Notes: generated by a model not told the origin, from the sequence alone. A stretch of DNA of 64,000 bases from Anaerolineales bacterium (GCA_046538105.1 JBKHJO010000002.1:31730-95729), one strand, 5' to 3'. Shown: positions 1-11,041, numbered from the stretch's first letter. Translations and numbers: made by a program.

Positions 1-1
1 C

Positions 2-511
2 GTCCCACGTTTTGTGCTGAACGAACTACAGCACATCGCGGACTCGTCAGACGACCTGCGCCGCAGAAGGGGCCGGCGAGGCCTCGAGATGCTGAACAGC
101 ATGCAAACGGACGGGGATGTCCCCCTGAGGATAAGCGAACACAATGTGAGAAATGGGCACACCGTGGACGCCAAACTTATCAAACTAGCACAGGAACTGG
201 ACTGTCCCATCCTCACCAACGACTACAATCTCAATCGCGTGGCCGAACTCCAGGGTGTGCGCGTATTGAATATCAACGAACTGGCAAACACGGTCAAGAC
301 GGTGGTGTTGCCCGGAGAGACGCTTCAGGTACAGATAATGCAGGAGGGCAAGGAGCCGCGGCAGGGAGTGGGATATCTGGACGATGGGACGATGATAGTG
401 GTGGAAAACGGGGAACGCCATATGAATAGAGAGGTAGAGATAGAGGTGACGCGCGTACTGCAAACAGCCGCCGGCCGGATGATATTCGGCAATATCAAAG
501 GACACGGATAG
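2..511 (+). CDS. yacL: PIN/TRAM-domain protein (YacL-like), 5'-truncated at window edge
   Basis: Open frame runs in from window start; C-terminal TRAM-like segment ([34 protein letters not shown]); sits directly upstream of gltX as yacL does in Bacillus. Confidence 0.5.
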   Translation, partial: VPRFVLNELQHIADSSDDLRRRRGRRGLEMLNSMQTDGDVPLRISEHNVRNGHTVDAKLIKLAQELDCPILTNDYNLNRVAELQGVRVLNINELANTVKTVVLPGETLQVQIMQEGKEPRQGVGYLDDGTMIVVENGERHMNREVEIEVTRVLQTAAGRMIFGNIKGHG

Positions 512-514
512 TAG

Positions 515-2008
515 ATGACCATGACAAAAGTACGCGTCCGCTACGCGCCCAGCCCTACGGGAGAACAGCATATCGCCGGCATGCGAACGGCCCTTTTTAA
601 CTATCTCTACGCCCGCAAGACCGGCGGGGAATTCATCCTGCGCATAGAGGATACGGACATCAGCCGCTCTGAACTGCGCTATGAGAAAGACCTGTATGCC
701 TCACTGTGCTGGCTGGGCCTGGAATGGAATGAGGGACCCGACGTAGGAGGAGACGCGGGACCATACCGGCAGTCCGAACGCCTGAGACTCTATCGTCAGG
801 CGGTACGCCATCTTTTAGATGCGGGCAAGGCCTATTTTTGCTATTGCACCCCAGAAGAACTGGCGGCCGAACGAGAGCGCGCCGCCGCCGAGGGCCGTCC
901 GCCTCGCTACAGCGGTCGCTGCCGGGATCCCAGGGTGCGTCAGAGACTGTCCCAGGAGAAGGGACGCAGTCCCGTGGTGCGCTTTTGGGTGCCCCAGGGG
1001 GAAACCATCGTCGTTCGCGATCTGGTACGCGGCGAGGTCCACTTTGCCAGCGATGATATCGGCGATTTTGTCATCTACAGAAGCGAGGACGAGAGTCTGG
1101 AGGGAGGGCATCCGCTCTATAATCTGGCGGCTGTCGTCGACGATCAGGCCATGGGTATCACCCACATCCTGCGAGGGGAGGAACATCTCCCCAATACCCC
1201 TCGCCAGATTCTACTATATAGAGCACTCGATCACACGCCTCCTGTTTTTGGTCATCTCTCGCTGATCATGACGCCCGACGGCACCAAGATGAGCAAGCGA
1301 TTCGGGGATATATCCATCGCCTCGTATCGAAAGAGAGGATACCTGCCAGAAGCCCTGGTAGCGTATCTCTCCACGTTGGGCTGGGCGCCAGGTGAGCATC
1401 CAGAGCGCCTTACACGGGAGCAATTGGTCGAGCGTTTCGCCCTTGATGCATTGTCCACTAATCCATCGGTCTTTGATCCCGATCGCCTGGCTTGGTTCAA
1501 CAGGAGACGACTGCAAGGGGCGAATATAGAATATGTGGGCGAACTCTTGAAACCGCGCCTGCAGGCAGTCTATGACCGCTGGCACTGTGCCGAGGACACC
1601 CTATACGATCCGCACACGTGGTATCGTCTGCTCATGGAAGCCACCCGGGAGGAAGCCACCACCCTGCAGGACATGGTATCCCTGTGCGAGTTTGCCTTTA
1701 GGGAAAGGGTATCTGACTTTTCCCCCGAGGCCCGGCAGGTTCTGGAAAAGGAAGACGCGCGTATGGTACTGCAATACAGTCTTGACACGTTGAGCACGTC
1801 AGATCTAGCCAGCCACGAGGCAGCCAACAACTATTTACGGCGCCTGCGGGAGCATTTTCGAGAGACAGCCAACCTTGGGGGCAGGGACGTCATGTTTCCC
1901 CTGCGGGCTGCCCTCACGGGCTCGCTCTCTGGTCCCAGCCTCGGCCTGGTCATGTCCCTGTGCGGCCTGTCACGCTGCCAGAAACGCCTGAAGATGGCCA
2001 GTTCGTAG
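515..2008 (+). CDS. gltX: glutamyl-tRNA synthetase
   Basis: 497 aa; N-term VRVRYAPSPTGEQHIAG (HIGH-type class I motif), KMSKR-like KMSKRFGD motif. Confidence 0.9.
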   Translation: MTMTKVRVRYAPSPTGEQHIAGMRTALFNYLYARKTGGEFILRIEDTDISRSELRYEKDLYASLCWLGLEWNEGPDVGGDAGPYRQSERLRLYRQAVRHLLDAGKAYFCYCTPEELAAERERAAAEGRPPRYSGRCRDPRVRQRLSQEKGRSPVVRFWVPQGETIVVRDLVRGEVHFASDDIGDFVIYRSEDESLEGGHPLYNLAAVVDDQAMGITHILRGEEHLPNTPRQILLYRALDHTPPVFGHLSLIMTPDGTKMSKRFGDISIASYRKRGYLPEALVAYLSTLGWAPGEHPERLTREQLVERFALDALSTNPSVFDPDRLAWFNRRRLQGANIEYVGELLKPRLQAVYDRWHCAEDTLYDPHTWYRLLMEATREEATTLQDMVSLCEFAFRERVSDFSPEARQVLEKEDARMVLQYSLDTLSTSDLASHEAANNYLRRLREHFRETANLGGRDVMFPLRAALTGSLSGPSLGLVMSLCGLSRCQKRLKMASS

Positions 2009-2080
2009 AATATATAACCTCTCTACCCATATTCCGATCTCAGCACTCCTATTGCTCTTTGCGTTCGGAGGTACGAAACG

Positions 2081-3523
2081 ATGACGCTTTACGTGTACAA
2101 TTCGCTGACGCGAGAAAAAGAAGTCTTTGAACCCGTACACGAGGGACGGGTGCATATGTACGTCTGTGGTCCGACCGTGTATAACGACGCCCACCTGGGC
2201 CATGGCAAGACCTATGTCAACTTTGACACCATCGTGCGCTATCTACGTTATCTGGGCTATGATGTTCTCTATGTACAGAACATCACCGACGTGGGCCATC
2301 TGCTGGAGAGTGGAGAGGACCGCCTGATCAAAGGGGCGGAGCGCGAGCAGATGCAGCCTATGCAGGTCGCCGAACGCTATACGCGGCGCTATTTCCGCGA
2401 TATGGACAAACTCAATGTCGTGCGCCCCGACATCGCGCCGAGGGCCAGCGGCCACATCCCAGAGATGATAGAGTGGGTTAAAAAGCTCATCGAGGCGGGA
2501 TATGCCTACGAGGTGAACGGGTCGGTGTACTTTTCTGTCACCAGATTCGAGGGCTATGGCAAACTTTCTGGACGGAGCATAGAGGATATGCAGAGCGGCG
2601 CCCGGGTGGAGGTACGGGAGGAAAAGCGCCATCCGGCCGATTTCGCCCTCTGGAAAAAGGCTCCCCCCGGGCACATCATGCGCTGGAACAGCCCCTGGGG
2701 AGAAGGCTATCCCGGATGGCACATCGAATGCACTGTCATGTCCATCAAATACCTTGGTCAGCCCTTTGATATCCACGGCGGCGGCATGGAAAACAAGTTT
2801 CCCCACCACGAATGCGAGATCGCTCAGGCAGAAGCCGCAGAGGACAAACCCTTTGCGAAGTATTGGCTGCATAACGGCATGCTCATGATCCGTGGCGAGG
2901 AGATGCACAAGTCCCTGGGCAATTTCATTACTCTGGAGGAAGCCTGTGAACGCTGGGATCCTATGGTTATCCGCTTCTTTATCCTGCTCAGCCACTATCG
3001 CAGTCCCCTGGATATGACGGAGGAGGCCCTCGACGCTGCAGGGAATGGGTATCAGCGTCTGTTGAACACCGTCACCGCTGCGCGGAGGGAATTATCCTCC
3101 GCACCCGCGGGAGACGTCAGTCGCCCGGTAGCGAATCTCATAGACGAGACCCGGGAACGGTTCGAGGAGGATATGAACGACGATTTCAACACAGCGGGAG
3201 CCATCGCCGCCCTCTTTGATATGACGCGACAGGTCAACAGCCTGCTGAACGCGGACCATCCCCTTTCCCGAGGCTCTCTGGAGGCCATAGATGACCTTTT
3301 CGCGCGCCTGGCCGGCGATGCGCTGGGCATCCTCCCTGACGATCTGGGACAGCGGACAGAGAGAGGGCTGGAGGAGGATCTAGTCGAACTCTTCATCGAC
3401 ATCCGCACCCGACTGCGCGAGGAGAGGCTCTACGACCTGGCCGACGAGACGCGAGAGCGCCTTCAAGAGATGGGCATCGAACTGCAGGATGGACCGGAGG
3501 GCACCACGTGGAATTACGCCTGA
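2081..3523 (+). CDS. cysS: cysteinyl-tRNA synthetase
   Basis: 480 aa; [16 protein letters not shown] (HIGH), KMHKSLGN (KMSKS); GGAGG-like RBS ggaggt 8 nt upstream. Confidence 0.9.
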   Translation: MTLYVYNSLTREKEVFEPVHEGRVHMYVCGPTVYNDAHLGHGKTYVNFDTIVRYLRYLGYDVLYVQNITDVGHLLESGEDRLIKGAEREQMQPMQVAERYTRRYFRDMDKLNVVRPDIAPRASGHIPEMIEWVKKLIEAGYAYEVNGSVYFSVTRFEGYGKLSGRSIEDMQSGARVEVREEKRHPADFALWKKAPPGHIMRWNSPWGEGYPGWHIECTVMSIKYLGQPFDIHGGGMENKFPHHECEIAQAEAAEDKPFAKYWLHNGMLMIRGEEMHKSLGNFITLEEACERWDPMVIRFFILLSHYRSPLDMTEEALDAAGNGYQRLLNTVTAARRELSSAPAGDVSRPVANLIDETRERFEEDMNDDFNTAGAIAALFDMTRQVNSLLNADHPLSRGSLEAIDDLFARLAGDALGILPDDLGQRTERGLEEDLVELFIDIRTRLREERLYDLADETRERLQEMGIELQDGPEGTTWNYA

Positions 3524-3549
3524 GAAGCACCAGCGATCATCCAAGGTAG

Positions 3550-4299
3550 ATGACCATGGAGACCCTTGCCGGTCGCAATCCCGTCTATGAGGCACTGCGT
3601 GCCGAGCGTCGTTCGGTAAAAGAGGTGATCCTGGCCGAGGGCATAGATCAAAAGGATATCATCGACGACATCCTCCTAGCGTGCAATCAAAGAGATGTTC
3701 CTATCTCGTGGGCGGATCGGCAGCAACTGGATCGTATAGCCCGTGACGTGAACCATCAGGGGGTCGCCGCGCGCGTATCCCCCTACCCCTATCTATCTCT
3801 GGACGAACTGATACACCTATCCAAACAGCGCGAGGAGCAGCCCTTCTTTCTGGTTCTGGACTCGCTCAAGGATCCCCAGAACCTTGGGGCCCTCGCGCGT
3901 ACGGCAGAGGCAGTGGGCGTACATGGTATCATCATTCCGAAGCGCCGCTCTGCAAGCGTTACTGAGGCGGTCAGTCGTGCCTCGGTGGGAGCCATAGAGT
4001 ACCTCCATGTAGCCCAGGTGACGAACCTGGCGCGCACCCTGGAGAGGCTCAAAGAGGAACGCGTCTGGGTGGTGGGCGTGGAGGATCACCCAGATGCCCA
4101 GGACTACCGAGAAGCCGACCTGGACCTGGCCCTGGCCCTGGTGTTGGGCAGCGAGGGCCAGGGTATGCGCCGCCTGACGGCGGAAAAGTGCGATTTTCTG
4201 TACCGCATTCCCATGGTGGGACGCATCAACTCCCTCAACGTCTCCGTAGCGGGGTCCATCATGCTCTATCGCGCCTGGGAAGCGCGGCAGCAGGGTTAA
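3550..4299 (+). CDS. rlmB: TrmH/SpoU-family 23S rRNA 2'-O-methyltransferase (RlmB/YacO-like)
   Basis: 249 aa; SPOUT fold motifs (LVLGSEGQGMR, INSLNVSVAGSIMLY); position after cysS as Bacillus yacO. Confidence 0.75.
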   Translation: MTMETLAGRNPVYEALRAERRSVKEVILAEGIDQKDIIDDILLACNQRDVPISWADRQQLDRIARDVNHQGVAARVSPYPYLSLDELIHLSKQREEQPFFLVLDSLKDPQNLGALARTAEAVGVHGIIIPKRRSASVTEAVSRASVGAIEYLHVAQVTNLARTLERLKEERVWVVGVEDHPDAQDYREADLDLALALVLGSEGQGMRRLTAEKCDFLYRIPMVGRINSLNVSVAGSIMLYRAWEARQQG

Positions 4300-4590
4300 G
4301 AACGGCCTAAAGAATCGGAGGGGCACATCTACAGCGGGCAGGAGTGCAGTGGGATCACGGGAGGGGTCCTCCGGAGATACGACGCCATACGCCCCATGTG
4401 ATGCTCCCGGCCCAGGAGGATGGTCTGGCACAGGCATTAGAGGTGGTCGTGCTGAGATAAAACGTCTGGCACACGGGAACAGCCGCGGCTCGCCCTCGTG
4501 TCCTGAACCAGCACTACACCCTAATGAGATGCTCCACAAGTGAATACGATGGCCTAACTGGATGGTACACGGCGACAAAGGAGGCCGAGT

Positions 4591-5613
4591 ATGGTAAGCC
4601 TGGTGACCGGTGCCACAGGGTTGGTTGGTAGTCATCTCGTCGAGACGTTGGTGATGCGCGGGGAAACGGTTCGCGCGCTGGTCCGCCCCACCAGCGACAA
4701 AGGCCGCCTGCGCGAACTGGGGGTAGAGATCCGTATCGGAGAACTGGCAGATGCGGCCGCCCTTATGGCCATCGCCAGGGAGGTGGATTGTGTTTTCCAC
4801 TGCGCTGCCCTGGTAAGCGACTGGGGCGTCGAGGAGGCTTTTCGCCAGGCGAACGTTCATGGTGTGCGGAACATCCTAGCGGCGGCCACGCGAGCCAAGG
4901 TGGGCAAGTTCATTCACCTCAGCACCACCGACATCTATGGCTTTGCGGGGGAAGAGGTAACCGAGGATGAGCGGCCCGCCCCCAGGGGCTTTCCCTATGT
5001 GGACAGCAAGATCGAGGCGGAAAGCCTGGTCTGGAACCACCGGCGGCGCGTGGGCTTGCCCGTCTGCGTCATCAGGTCGGGTCCTGTATATGGCCCCCGA
5101 GCCGACCTCTTTGTCACGGAAATGCTCGAGAGCATCCGCAACCGCGAGTCGATCCTGATCGATGACGGCCAACACATCGCCGGACTGACCTATGTGGGGA
5201 ATCTGGTGGATGCGCTGATTCTGGCGGCGGATAGCGAAACGGCCATCGGCGAGGCATACAACATCTCCGATGGCAGCAGGGTGACGTGGCGGCAGTACCT
5301 GAATGCCCTGGCAGATCTGGCCGAACTTCCCCGCCCCACACGCAGCCATCCCCACTGGTTCGCTTACCTGATGGCTGCGGCATGGGAGCACTACTACCAT
5401 CTCATGGGGCACACGGAGCGTCCCCCTATGACCCGCATGATGGTGGAGATCATGGGCACCGATCAGATCTTTTCCATCGAAAAGGCCAGGGAACAACTGG
5501 GATATCGCCCTCGCGTGGACTTTGCGGAGGGGATACGGCATACAGGTGCCTGGTTGCGCCGCGAGGGGCTCCTCTTCCCCCGGTTGCGCGATCACCCTCT
5601 TGGACAAACGTAG
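4591..5613 (+). CDS. NAD-dependent epimerase/dehydratase (extended SDR)
   Basis: 340 aa; N-term Rossmann VTGATGLVGSHLVE; RBS aaaggagg upstream. Confidence 0.7.
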   Translation: MVSLVTGATGLVGSHLVETLVMRGETVRALVRPTSDKGRLRELGVEIRIGELADAAALMAIAREVDCVFHCAALVSDWGVEEAFRQANVHGVRNILAAATRAKVGKFIHLSTTDIYGFAGEEVTEDERPAPRGFPYVDSKIEAESLVWNHRRRVGLPVCVIRSGPVYGPRADLFVTEMLESIRNRESILIDDGQHIAGLTYVGNLVDALILAADSETAIGEAYNISDGSRVTWRQYLNALADLAELPRPTRSHPHWFAYLMAAAWEHYYHLMGHTERPPMTRMMVEIMGTDQIFSIEKAREQLGYRPRVDFAEGIRHTGAWLRREGLLFPRLRDHPLGQT

Positions 5614-5797
5614 GCGAAAAGGCCCTCCATTTCCCCACGCTCCTGCCCCCATCTGGGGGTTGTTCGCCATCTTCCCATATTCGCACGACGCTGTTTCCAG
5701 ATGATTCACTGTTTCCCTTTTGGTAACATAACACCCTTTGCCATGGAAGATCCAATCAGTATACAAGGAAAACCCTCATAATACTATCTAAGCAAAC

Positions 5798-5826
5798 TTG
5801 ACAGATGGTACTAAAGGTAGTATAAT
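5798..5826 (+). promoter_or_regulatory. sigma-A-type promoter P1 of hrcA operon (TTGACA-17-TATAAT)
   Basis: TTGACA 5798-5803, 17-nt spacer, TATAAT 5821-5826. Confidence 0.7.
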
Positions 5827-5827
5827 T

Positions 5828-5854
5828 TTAGCAGACTTGAGGTAAGAGTGCTAA
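5828..5854 (+). promoter_or_regulatory. CIRCE element 1 (HrcA operator)
   Basis: TTAGCAGAC-N9-GAGTGCTAA vs consensus TTAGCACTC-N9-GAGTGCTAA (2 mismatches, left arm); starts 2 nt after -10. Confidence 0.8.
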
Positions 5855-5922
5855 CTATTTGACTATAACTCGAATCCCCTGGCGCAAAAGGGTCCTAAAA
5901 GTGATTTTGGATGCGGCCAATC

Positions 5923-5951
5923 TTGACACATGAGGGGATGGATGTTATTAT
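5923..5951 (+). promoter_or_regulatory. sigma-A-type promoter P2 of hrcA operon (TTGACA-17-TATTAT)
   Basis: TTGACA 5923-5928, 17-nt spacer, TATTAT 5946-5951. Confidence 0.6.
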
Positions 5952-5952
5952 A

Positions 5953-5979
5953 TTGGCACTCTAATGAGAGGACTGCTAA
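5953..5979 (+). promoter_or_regulatory. CIRCE element 2 (HrcA operator)
   Basis: TTGGCACTC-N9-GACTGCTAA (1 mismatch each arm); directly downstream of P2 -10. Confidence 0.75.
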
Positions 5980-5997
5980 TTCAGCAGTATCAACTGG

Positions 5998-7080
5998 ATG
6001 ATGATGACAGTAGAGAGTGAGAATAAGCAATCCATAGAATGTAGACTGAAGCCTCGGCAGCGTGGTGTCCTCAAAGCGTTGGTCCAGGAATATATCAACA
6101 CGGCGGATCCAGTGGGCTCGGAGACTGTACGTCGGGTGGGGAAACTTGAGGTCAGTTCTGCCACTATCCGAAACGAACTTGCTGCGCTGGAGGAAGCGGG
6201 TTATGTGTATCAACCTTACACCTCTGCGGGCAGGGTACCGACAGTGGAAGGATATCGCTATTTTGTCGAGGAATTGATGGATAGAGTCAACCTATCCATC
6301 CCAGAGCGACGGATGATCGGTCACCAGTTTCATCAGATGCGGCTCAATCTGGATCAGTGGATGACCCTGACGGCGGCCGTATTGGCCCATACCGCGAGAG
6401 CAGCCTCTCTGGTCACACCTCCCCATGCCAAGAGTGCTTACTTTAAACATCTGGAACTAATCGGGATCAACGATATCATGTGCCTCATGATCCTGGTGTT
6501 GCAGGATGGCAGCATTCATCAGGAGATGCTGGGCATGGCCGATCCCATAGACCAGGAGACATTGACACAGACGTCAAGAAAACTCAACGTGTTGTTGAAA
6601 AGCTGCTCCGTGGAGGAGATACAAGAAAGCAAGGACCCGGAACTGACGGCCCTGGAGGGACTAACGCGCCAGGTGTTGGATCGTGTCATAGACATCATGG
6701 AAAGTATAGATCGCGAGGCCATCAGCAAGATCTATCGCGATGGCCTGGAAAACATGTTCCGCGAGCCCGAGTTCAGAGATGCGGAAAGGATGCAGCAGTT
6801 AATCGAGATACAACAGCACCACAGTCTGTTGGAGCCCATCCTGACGAGCATTCTAAACTCGAATGGTATTCAGGTAATCATCGGCGGCGAAGGACGATAT
6901 GAGGAAATCGACAGCCTAAGTCTCGTGCTTTCACGTTATGGGATTAGAGATAGAGCGAGCGGCGTCCTGGGCATCATGGGACCAAGACGGATGCCCTATG
7001 GGCGAGCGATCTCCACGGTGCGCTATGTCACACGTCTGATGGATGACCTAATCTGTAACGTCTATGGGGGAAACGAGTAA
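5998..7080 (+). CDS. hrcA: heat-inducible transcription repressor HrcA
   Basis: 360 aa; N-terminal winged-HTH (KPRQRGVLKALVQEYINTADPVGSETV); first gene after CIRCE elements. Confidence 0.85.
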   Translation: MMMTVESENKQSIECRLKPRQRGVLKALVQEYINTADPVGSETVRRVGKLEVSSATIRNELAALEEAGYVYQPYTSAGRVPTVEGYRYFVEELMDRVNLSIPERRMIGHQFHQMRLNLDQWMTLTAAVLAHTARAASLVTPPHAKSAYFKHLELIGINDIMCLMILVLQDGSIHQEMLGMADPIDQETLTQTSRKLNVLLKSCSVEEIQESKDPELTALEGLTRQVLDRVIDIMESIDREAISKIYRDGLENMFREPEFRDAERMQQLIEIQQHHSLLEPILTSILNSNGIQVIIGGEGRYEEIDSLSLVLSRYGIRDRASGVLGIMGPRRMPYGRAISTVRYVTRLMDDLICNVYGGNE

Positions 7081-7144
7081 ATCATCAGGAGCAGGTCGGT
7101 CCCCCTCAGAAAGTGAAACACAGATGGCCATAAAGGGAGGTCAT

Positions 7145-7783
7145 ATGGGAGACGGAAAAGATGAAAACAGAGGTAGTGAAGAACAGATGAATATGCCACA
7201 ACAAGACGAGAGCAAAGAAACGGAGCGTAGCACCGAACAGACGGACGCACAAGGACGGAATGAGAGCGAGGAAACCTTGGAAGGATTGCAGGAGAAAATA
7301 AAAGAATACGAGACAGAGATAGAAGAACTTGTTGACAAATATCGTCGAAAGGCAGCCGCCTTTTCTAACTACCGCAAGCGCCAACAGCGAGAGCGCGAGA
7401 ATGAATCCATCCGTCTTCGCACCGAGGTGCTGGGCGAACTTTTACCCGTCGTGGACGATTTTCGGCGAGCGCTTCAGAATGTGCCCGAGCAAGCGGAGGA
7501 CAAGGAATGGATGGAGGGGATCATTCTCATTCAGCGCAAACTTGAAGGGCTCTTGGACAAATACGAGGTAAAGCCATTCGAAGCATTGGGAGAATCTTTT
7601 GACCCCAATTATCACTCGGCTTTGTTGCAGGCCGAGAGCGAAGAATACCCGGCAGGCACCGTGATGGAAGAGATAGAAAAAGGCTATCTCATCGGCGACA
7701 GGGTTCTTCGACCCGCCCTCGTCAAGGTTTCCTCGGGAACGAAATCCAATGGAGACGAATCAGCAGCCAAAGATGAGGAATGA
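7145..7783 (+). CDS. grpE: nucleotide exchange factor GrpE
   Basis: Start chosen at ATG 7145 after RBS AAAGGGAGG (ORF-track start 7064 overlaps hrcA); acidic N-term then coiled-coil and GrpE C-domain (VKPFEALGESFDPNYHSALLQAESEEYPAGTVMEEIEKGYLIGDRVLRPALVKV). Confidence 0.8.
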   Translation: MGDGKDENRGSEEQMNMPQQDESKETERSTEQTDAQGRNESEETLEGLQEKIKEYETEIEELVDKYRRKAAAFSNYRKRQQRERENESIRLRTEVLGELLPVVDDFRRALQNVPEQAEDKEWMEGIILIQRKLEGLLDKYEVKPFEALGESFDPNYHSALLQAESEEYPAGTVMEEIEKGYLIGDRVLRPALVKVSSGTKSNGDESAAKDEE

Positions 7784-7850
7784 TCCTTTGCAACAGATCC
7801 ATACGCATCGATGGCCCAATTATAGATAATTAGCAGTTTAGGAGGAAAAT

Positions 7851-9773
7851 ATGGCAAAAATAATTGGTATAGACCTAGGAACGACAAACTCGGTCATGGC
7901 CGTCATGGAAGGTGATGAGCCGACGGTTATCAATACGGCTGAGGGAGGTCGTCTCTGCCCGTCCGTAGTCGCCGTGAATCCTGAGACGGGCGAGCGCATG
8001 GTGGGACAGGTGGCACACCGACAGGCGATAACGAACCCCGAAAACACCATCTTTTCTATAAAGCGTCTCATGGGACGTAGGCACAGTGATTCAGAGGTGC
8101 AAAAGGCACGTGAACTCTTGCCCTATGAGATCGTGGAAAAGAACGGGGACGCCTGGGTGGTCATGAACGGCGAAGAGTACTCGCCGCCAGAGATATCGGC
8201 CATGATCCTTTCAAAACTTAAAAAGGACGCCGAGTCCTATCTGGGGGAAGAGGTGACTCAGGCCGTGATCACCGTCCCCGCCTACTTTAACGACTCTCAG
8301 CGCCAGGCGACAAAGGATGCCGGTCGCATCGCCGGTCTGGAGGTGCTGCGCATCATCAACGAGCCGACAGCCTCTTCTCTGGCCTATGGATTGGATAAAA
8401 AAGAAGATCAAAAGATCGCCGTCTATGATCTGGGAGGCGGGACGTTCGACATCTCTATCCTCGATATCGGCGACGGGGTATTCGAGGTGCTATCCACCAA
8501 CGGCGATACCTTTTTGGGCGGGGATGACTTTGATCAGCGCGTGATCGACTGGATCGTCAAGGCATTTCGCGAGGATCAAGGCATCGATCTGAACAAGGAC
8601 CGCATGGCCCTCCAGCGCCTGAAGGAAGCGGCGGAAAAGGCCAAGATCGAGTTGTCCACAACACGACGGACAGAGATAAACCTGCCCTTTATCACCGCGG
8701 ACGCCAGCGGCCCCAAACATCTGAATATGACGCTGACGCGCGCCAAGCTGGAGCAACTGGTGGACGACCTGGTAGCCGACAGCATGGAGCCCTGCCGCAA
8801 AGCGCTTGACGACGCAGATCTCACCACAGACGAGATCGACGAGGTAATACTGGTAGGCGGCCAGACCCGCATGCCCATGATACAGGAACGCGTCCAAGAG
8901 TTCTTTGGCAAGGAGCCCCACAAGGGAATCAATCCCGATGAGGTGGTCGCCATTGGCGCCGCCATCCAGGCGGGCGTTCTGGGAGGCGAAGTGGATGACG
9001 TATTGCTGCTGGATGTCACTCCCCTGACTTTGGGCATAGAGACCCTGGGGGGCGTGGCCACACCTCTCATCCCACGAAACACGACCATTCCCACGAAAAA
9101 GAGCCAGGTGTTCTCCACTGCGGACGATAACCAGACACAGGTGCAGATAAACGTCGTACAGGGCGAACGCAAGATGGCTGCGGACAACAAGCAGTTGGGC
9201 ACCTTTGTTCTCGACGGCATCCCCCCTGCACCACGGGGCGTACCTCAGATCGAGGTGACCTTTGACATCGACGCGGATGGCATACTGCACGTCTCCGCGG
9301 AGGACAAGGCCACGGGACGCGAGCAGGCGATCACCATCCAGGCTTCCAGCGGCCTCACAGAGGAAGAGATCGAGCAGATGGTTCAGGAGGCCGAGGAACA
9401 CGCCGAGGAAGACCGCCACAAACAGGAAAGGATCGAACAGCGCAACGAGGCCGATAGCATGGCCTACAGGGCAGAAAAGACGTTGAAGGAATTGGGCGAC
9501 CAGGTTCCCTCGGACGTCAGATCCGATATCGAATCCAAGATCGAGGCGGTACGCAACGCCCTTGAGGGCGACGATATCGACAAGATTCGTCGTCTCCGCG
9601 AAGAATTGTCCGAGGCCCTACAACAGGTTGGTGCCGCCGCCTATCAACAGGCCGGTGGACCAGGTGCGGGTGGAGCCGGCGCCGCGGACGGTCCCCATCC
9701 TGGCGGAGAACAGCAACAGGGTGATGAATCGGACGAGGACGATACTGTAGAAGGCGAGTTCCGAGAAGTATAG
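7851..9773 (+). CDS. dnaK: chaperone DnaK (Hsp70)
   Basis: 640 aa; [33 protein letters not shown]; RBS taggagga. Confidence 0.95.
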   Translation: MAKIIGIDLGTTNSVMAVMEGDEPTVINTAEGGRLCPSVVAVNPETGERMVGQVAHRQAITNPENTIFSIKRLMGRRHSDSEVQKARELLPYEIVEKNGDAWVVMNGEEYSPPEISAMILSKLKKDAESYLGEEVTQAVITVPAYFNDSQRQATKDAGRIAGLEVLRIINEPTASSLAYGLDKKEDQKIAVYDLGGGTFDISILDIGDGVFEVLSTNGDTFLGGDDFDQRVIDWIVKAFREDQGIDLNKDRMALQRLKEAAEKAKIELSTTRRTEINLPFITADASGPKHLNMTLTRAKLEQLVDDLVADSMEPCRKALDDADLTTDEIDEVILVGGQTRMPMIQERVQEFFGKEPHKGINPDEVVAIGAAIQAGVLGGEVDDVLLLDVTPLTLGIETLGGVATPLIPRNTTIPTKKSQVFSTADDNQTQVQINVVQGERKMAADNKQLGTFVLDGIPPAPRGVPQIEVTFDIDADGILHVSAEDKATGREQAITIQASSGLTEEEIEQMVQEAEEHAEEDRHKQERIEQRNEADSMAYRAEKTLKELGDQVPSDVRSDIESKIEAVRNALEGDDIDKIRRLREELSEALQQVGAAAYQQAGGPGAGGAGAADGPHPGGEQQQGDESDEDDTVEGEFREV

Positions 9774-9794
9774 AGAACAACCTTTCGCGACCGG

Positions 9795-9840
9795 CAAAGG
9801 GTTAGGAGAGACATATTTCTCCTAACCCTTTGCTTTTGAC
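9795..9840 (+). terminator. hairpin plus T-rich tail between dnaK and dnaJ (partial terminator/attenuator)
   Basis: Perfect 15-bp stem caaagggttaggaga / tctcctaaccctttg, 8-nt loop, followed by cttttgac. Confidence 0.6.
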
Positions 9841-9904
9841 GTCAGGGGATAGAATGGGTAGACTTAATAGGGTATCAGTTCACTGTAGCGAGATTTCTTG
9901 ATAT

Positions 9905-11035
9905 ATGGCTTCTAACGATACAGAACGCGATTACTATGAGATATTGGGCGTTTCTCGGCAGGCTTCCAAAGCCGAGATTCGCGCTGCTTATCGGAAGTTG
10001 GCTCGCAAGCACCACCCCGACGTAAGCCAGGACACGAACGCAGAGGAGAGATTCAAGGAGATCAACGAAGCGTATCAGGTCCTGAATGACGAAGAGAAAC
10101 GGGCCGTCTACGATCGTTATGGTCATTCTGGCCTGGATCGCTCCGGCATGAGGGGCGGATTTGAGGGATTCGACAGTTTCGAGGATATCTTTGATTCCTT
10201 TTTCGGTTTCGGCAGAGGAGGGGCAACACAGCAAGGAGGCCCCCGACGCGGCTCGGACCTGCGCTACGATCTGGAGATCACTTTTGAAGAGGCAGTCTTT
10301 GGATGCAGCAAAGAACTCGAGATCTCTCGAATGCAAACCTGCCCCCACTGTGGTGGCACGGGAGCCGAACCCGGCACGCGCCCCACACCCTGTCCAGAAT
10401 GCAACGGTACGGGACAGGTACGCCACGCACAGCGGTCAATCTTTGGCTCTTTTGTAAACGTGACCACATGCCCTCGCTGTGGAGGGCGGGGCGAGATTAT
10501 CGAGACCCCCTGCTCGACATGCCATGGTTCACGGCGCGTCGAAGAGACCCAAACGATCCCTGTGGATATTCCCGCTGGCGTCGACGATGGCATGCGTATA
10601 CGTCTGGCCGGCGAGGGAGAATCGGGCCTGGATGGAGGCCCTGCCGGAAACCTCTATGTGGTAGTACATGTCAAGGAACACCGCTATTTCAGACGACGCG
10701 ACCAGGATATCCTGCTAAACATCAATATCAATGTAGCCCAGGCTGCTCTGGGCGATGAGATCGTCGTCCCCACGCTGAATGGTGAACGAGAACTCATCAT
10801 TCCTGCGGGTACTCAGACAGGGGCCATCTTCAGACTGAAAGGGGAAGGCGTGCCCCGCCTACAGGGCACGGGACGTGGAGATGAAATCGTGATCGTCAAC
10901 GTGGAGATCCCTGAAACGCTGGATGAACATCAGCAGGAACTCTTTGCCGAGTTGGGCAAAACGTTAGGGGATGAGATAACACCCCAAGAGGAACAGAGTT
11001 TCCTGAAACGTCTCAAGGTTGTACTGGGCATATAG
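9905..11035 (+). CDS. dnaJ: chaperone DnaJ
   Basis: 376 aa; J-domain with HPD (ARKHHPDV), G/F region, four CxxCxGxG zinc-finger repeats. Confidence 0.9.
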   Translation: MASNDTERDYYEILGVSRQASKAEIRAAYRKLARKHHPDVSQDTNAEERFKEINEAYQVLNDEEKRAVYDRYGHSGLDRSGMRGGFEGFDSFEDIFDSFFGFGRGGATQQGGPRRGSDLRYDLEITFEEAVFGCSKELEISRMQTCPHCGGTGAEPGTRPTPCPECNGTGQVRHAQRSIFGSFVNVTTCPRCGGRGEIIETPCSTCHGSRRVEETQTIPVDIPAGVDDGMRIRLAGEGESGLDGGPAGNLYVVVHVKEHRYFRRRDQDILLNININVAQAALGDEIVVPTLNGERELIIPAGTQTGAIFRLKGEGVPRLQGTGRGDEIVIVNVEIPETLDEHQQELFAELGKTLGDEITPQEEQSFLKRLKVVLGI

Positions 11036-11041
11036 GAAGCG

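Noticed and set aside
2009-2080. T-box leaders upstream of gltX or cysS
   Set aside because: The intergenic gaps (3 nt and 72 nt) are far too short.
3817-4860. 347-aa ORF on minus strand antisense to rlmB/epimerase, and many similar long antisense ORFs (e.g. 8490-9419, 12784-13476, 19373-20230, 29676-30752, 47175-48794, 49987-51045, 62179-62970)
   Set aside because: Each fully overlaps a well-supported gene on the other strand. Their translations are low-complexity and Arg/Gly/Pro-rich, with no recognisable motifs. High GC content produces long stop-free antisense frames.
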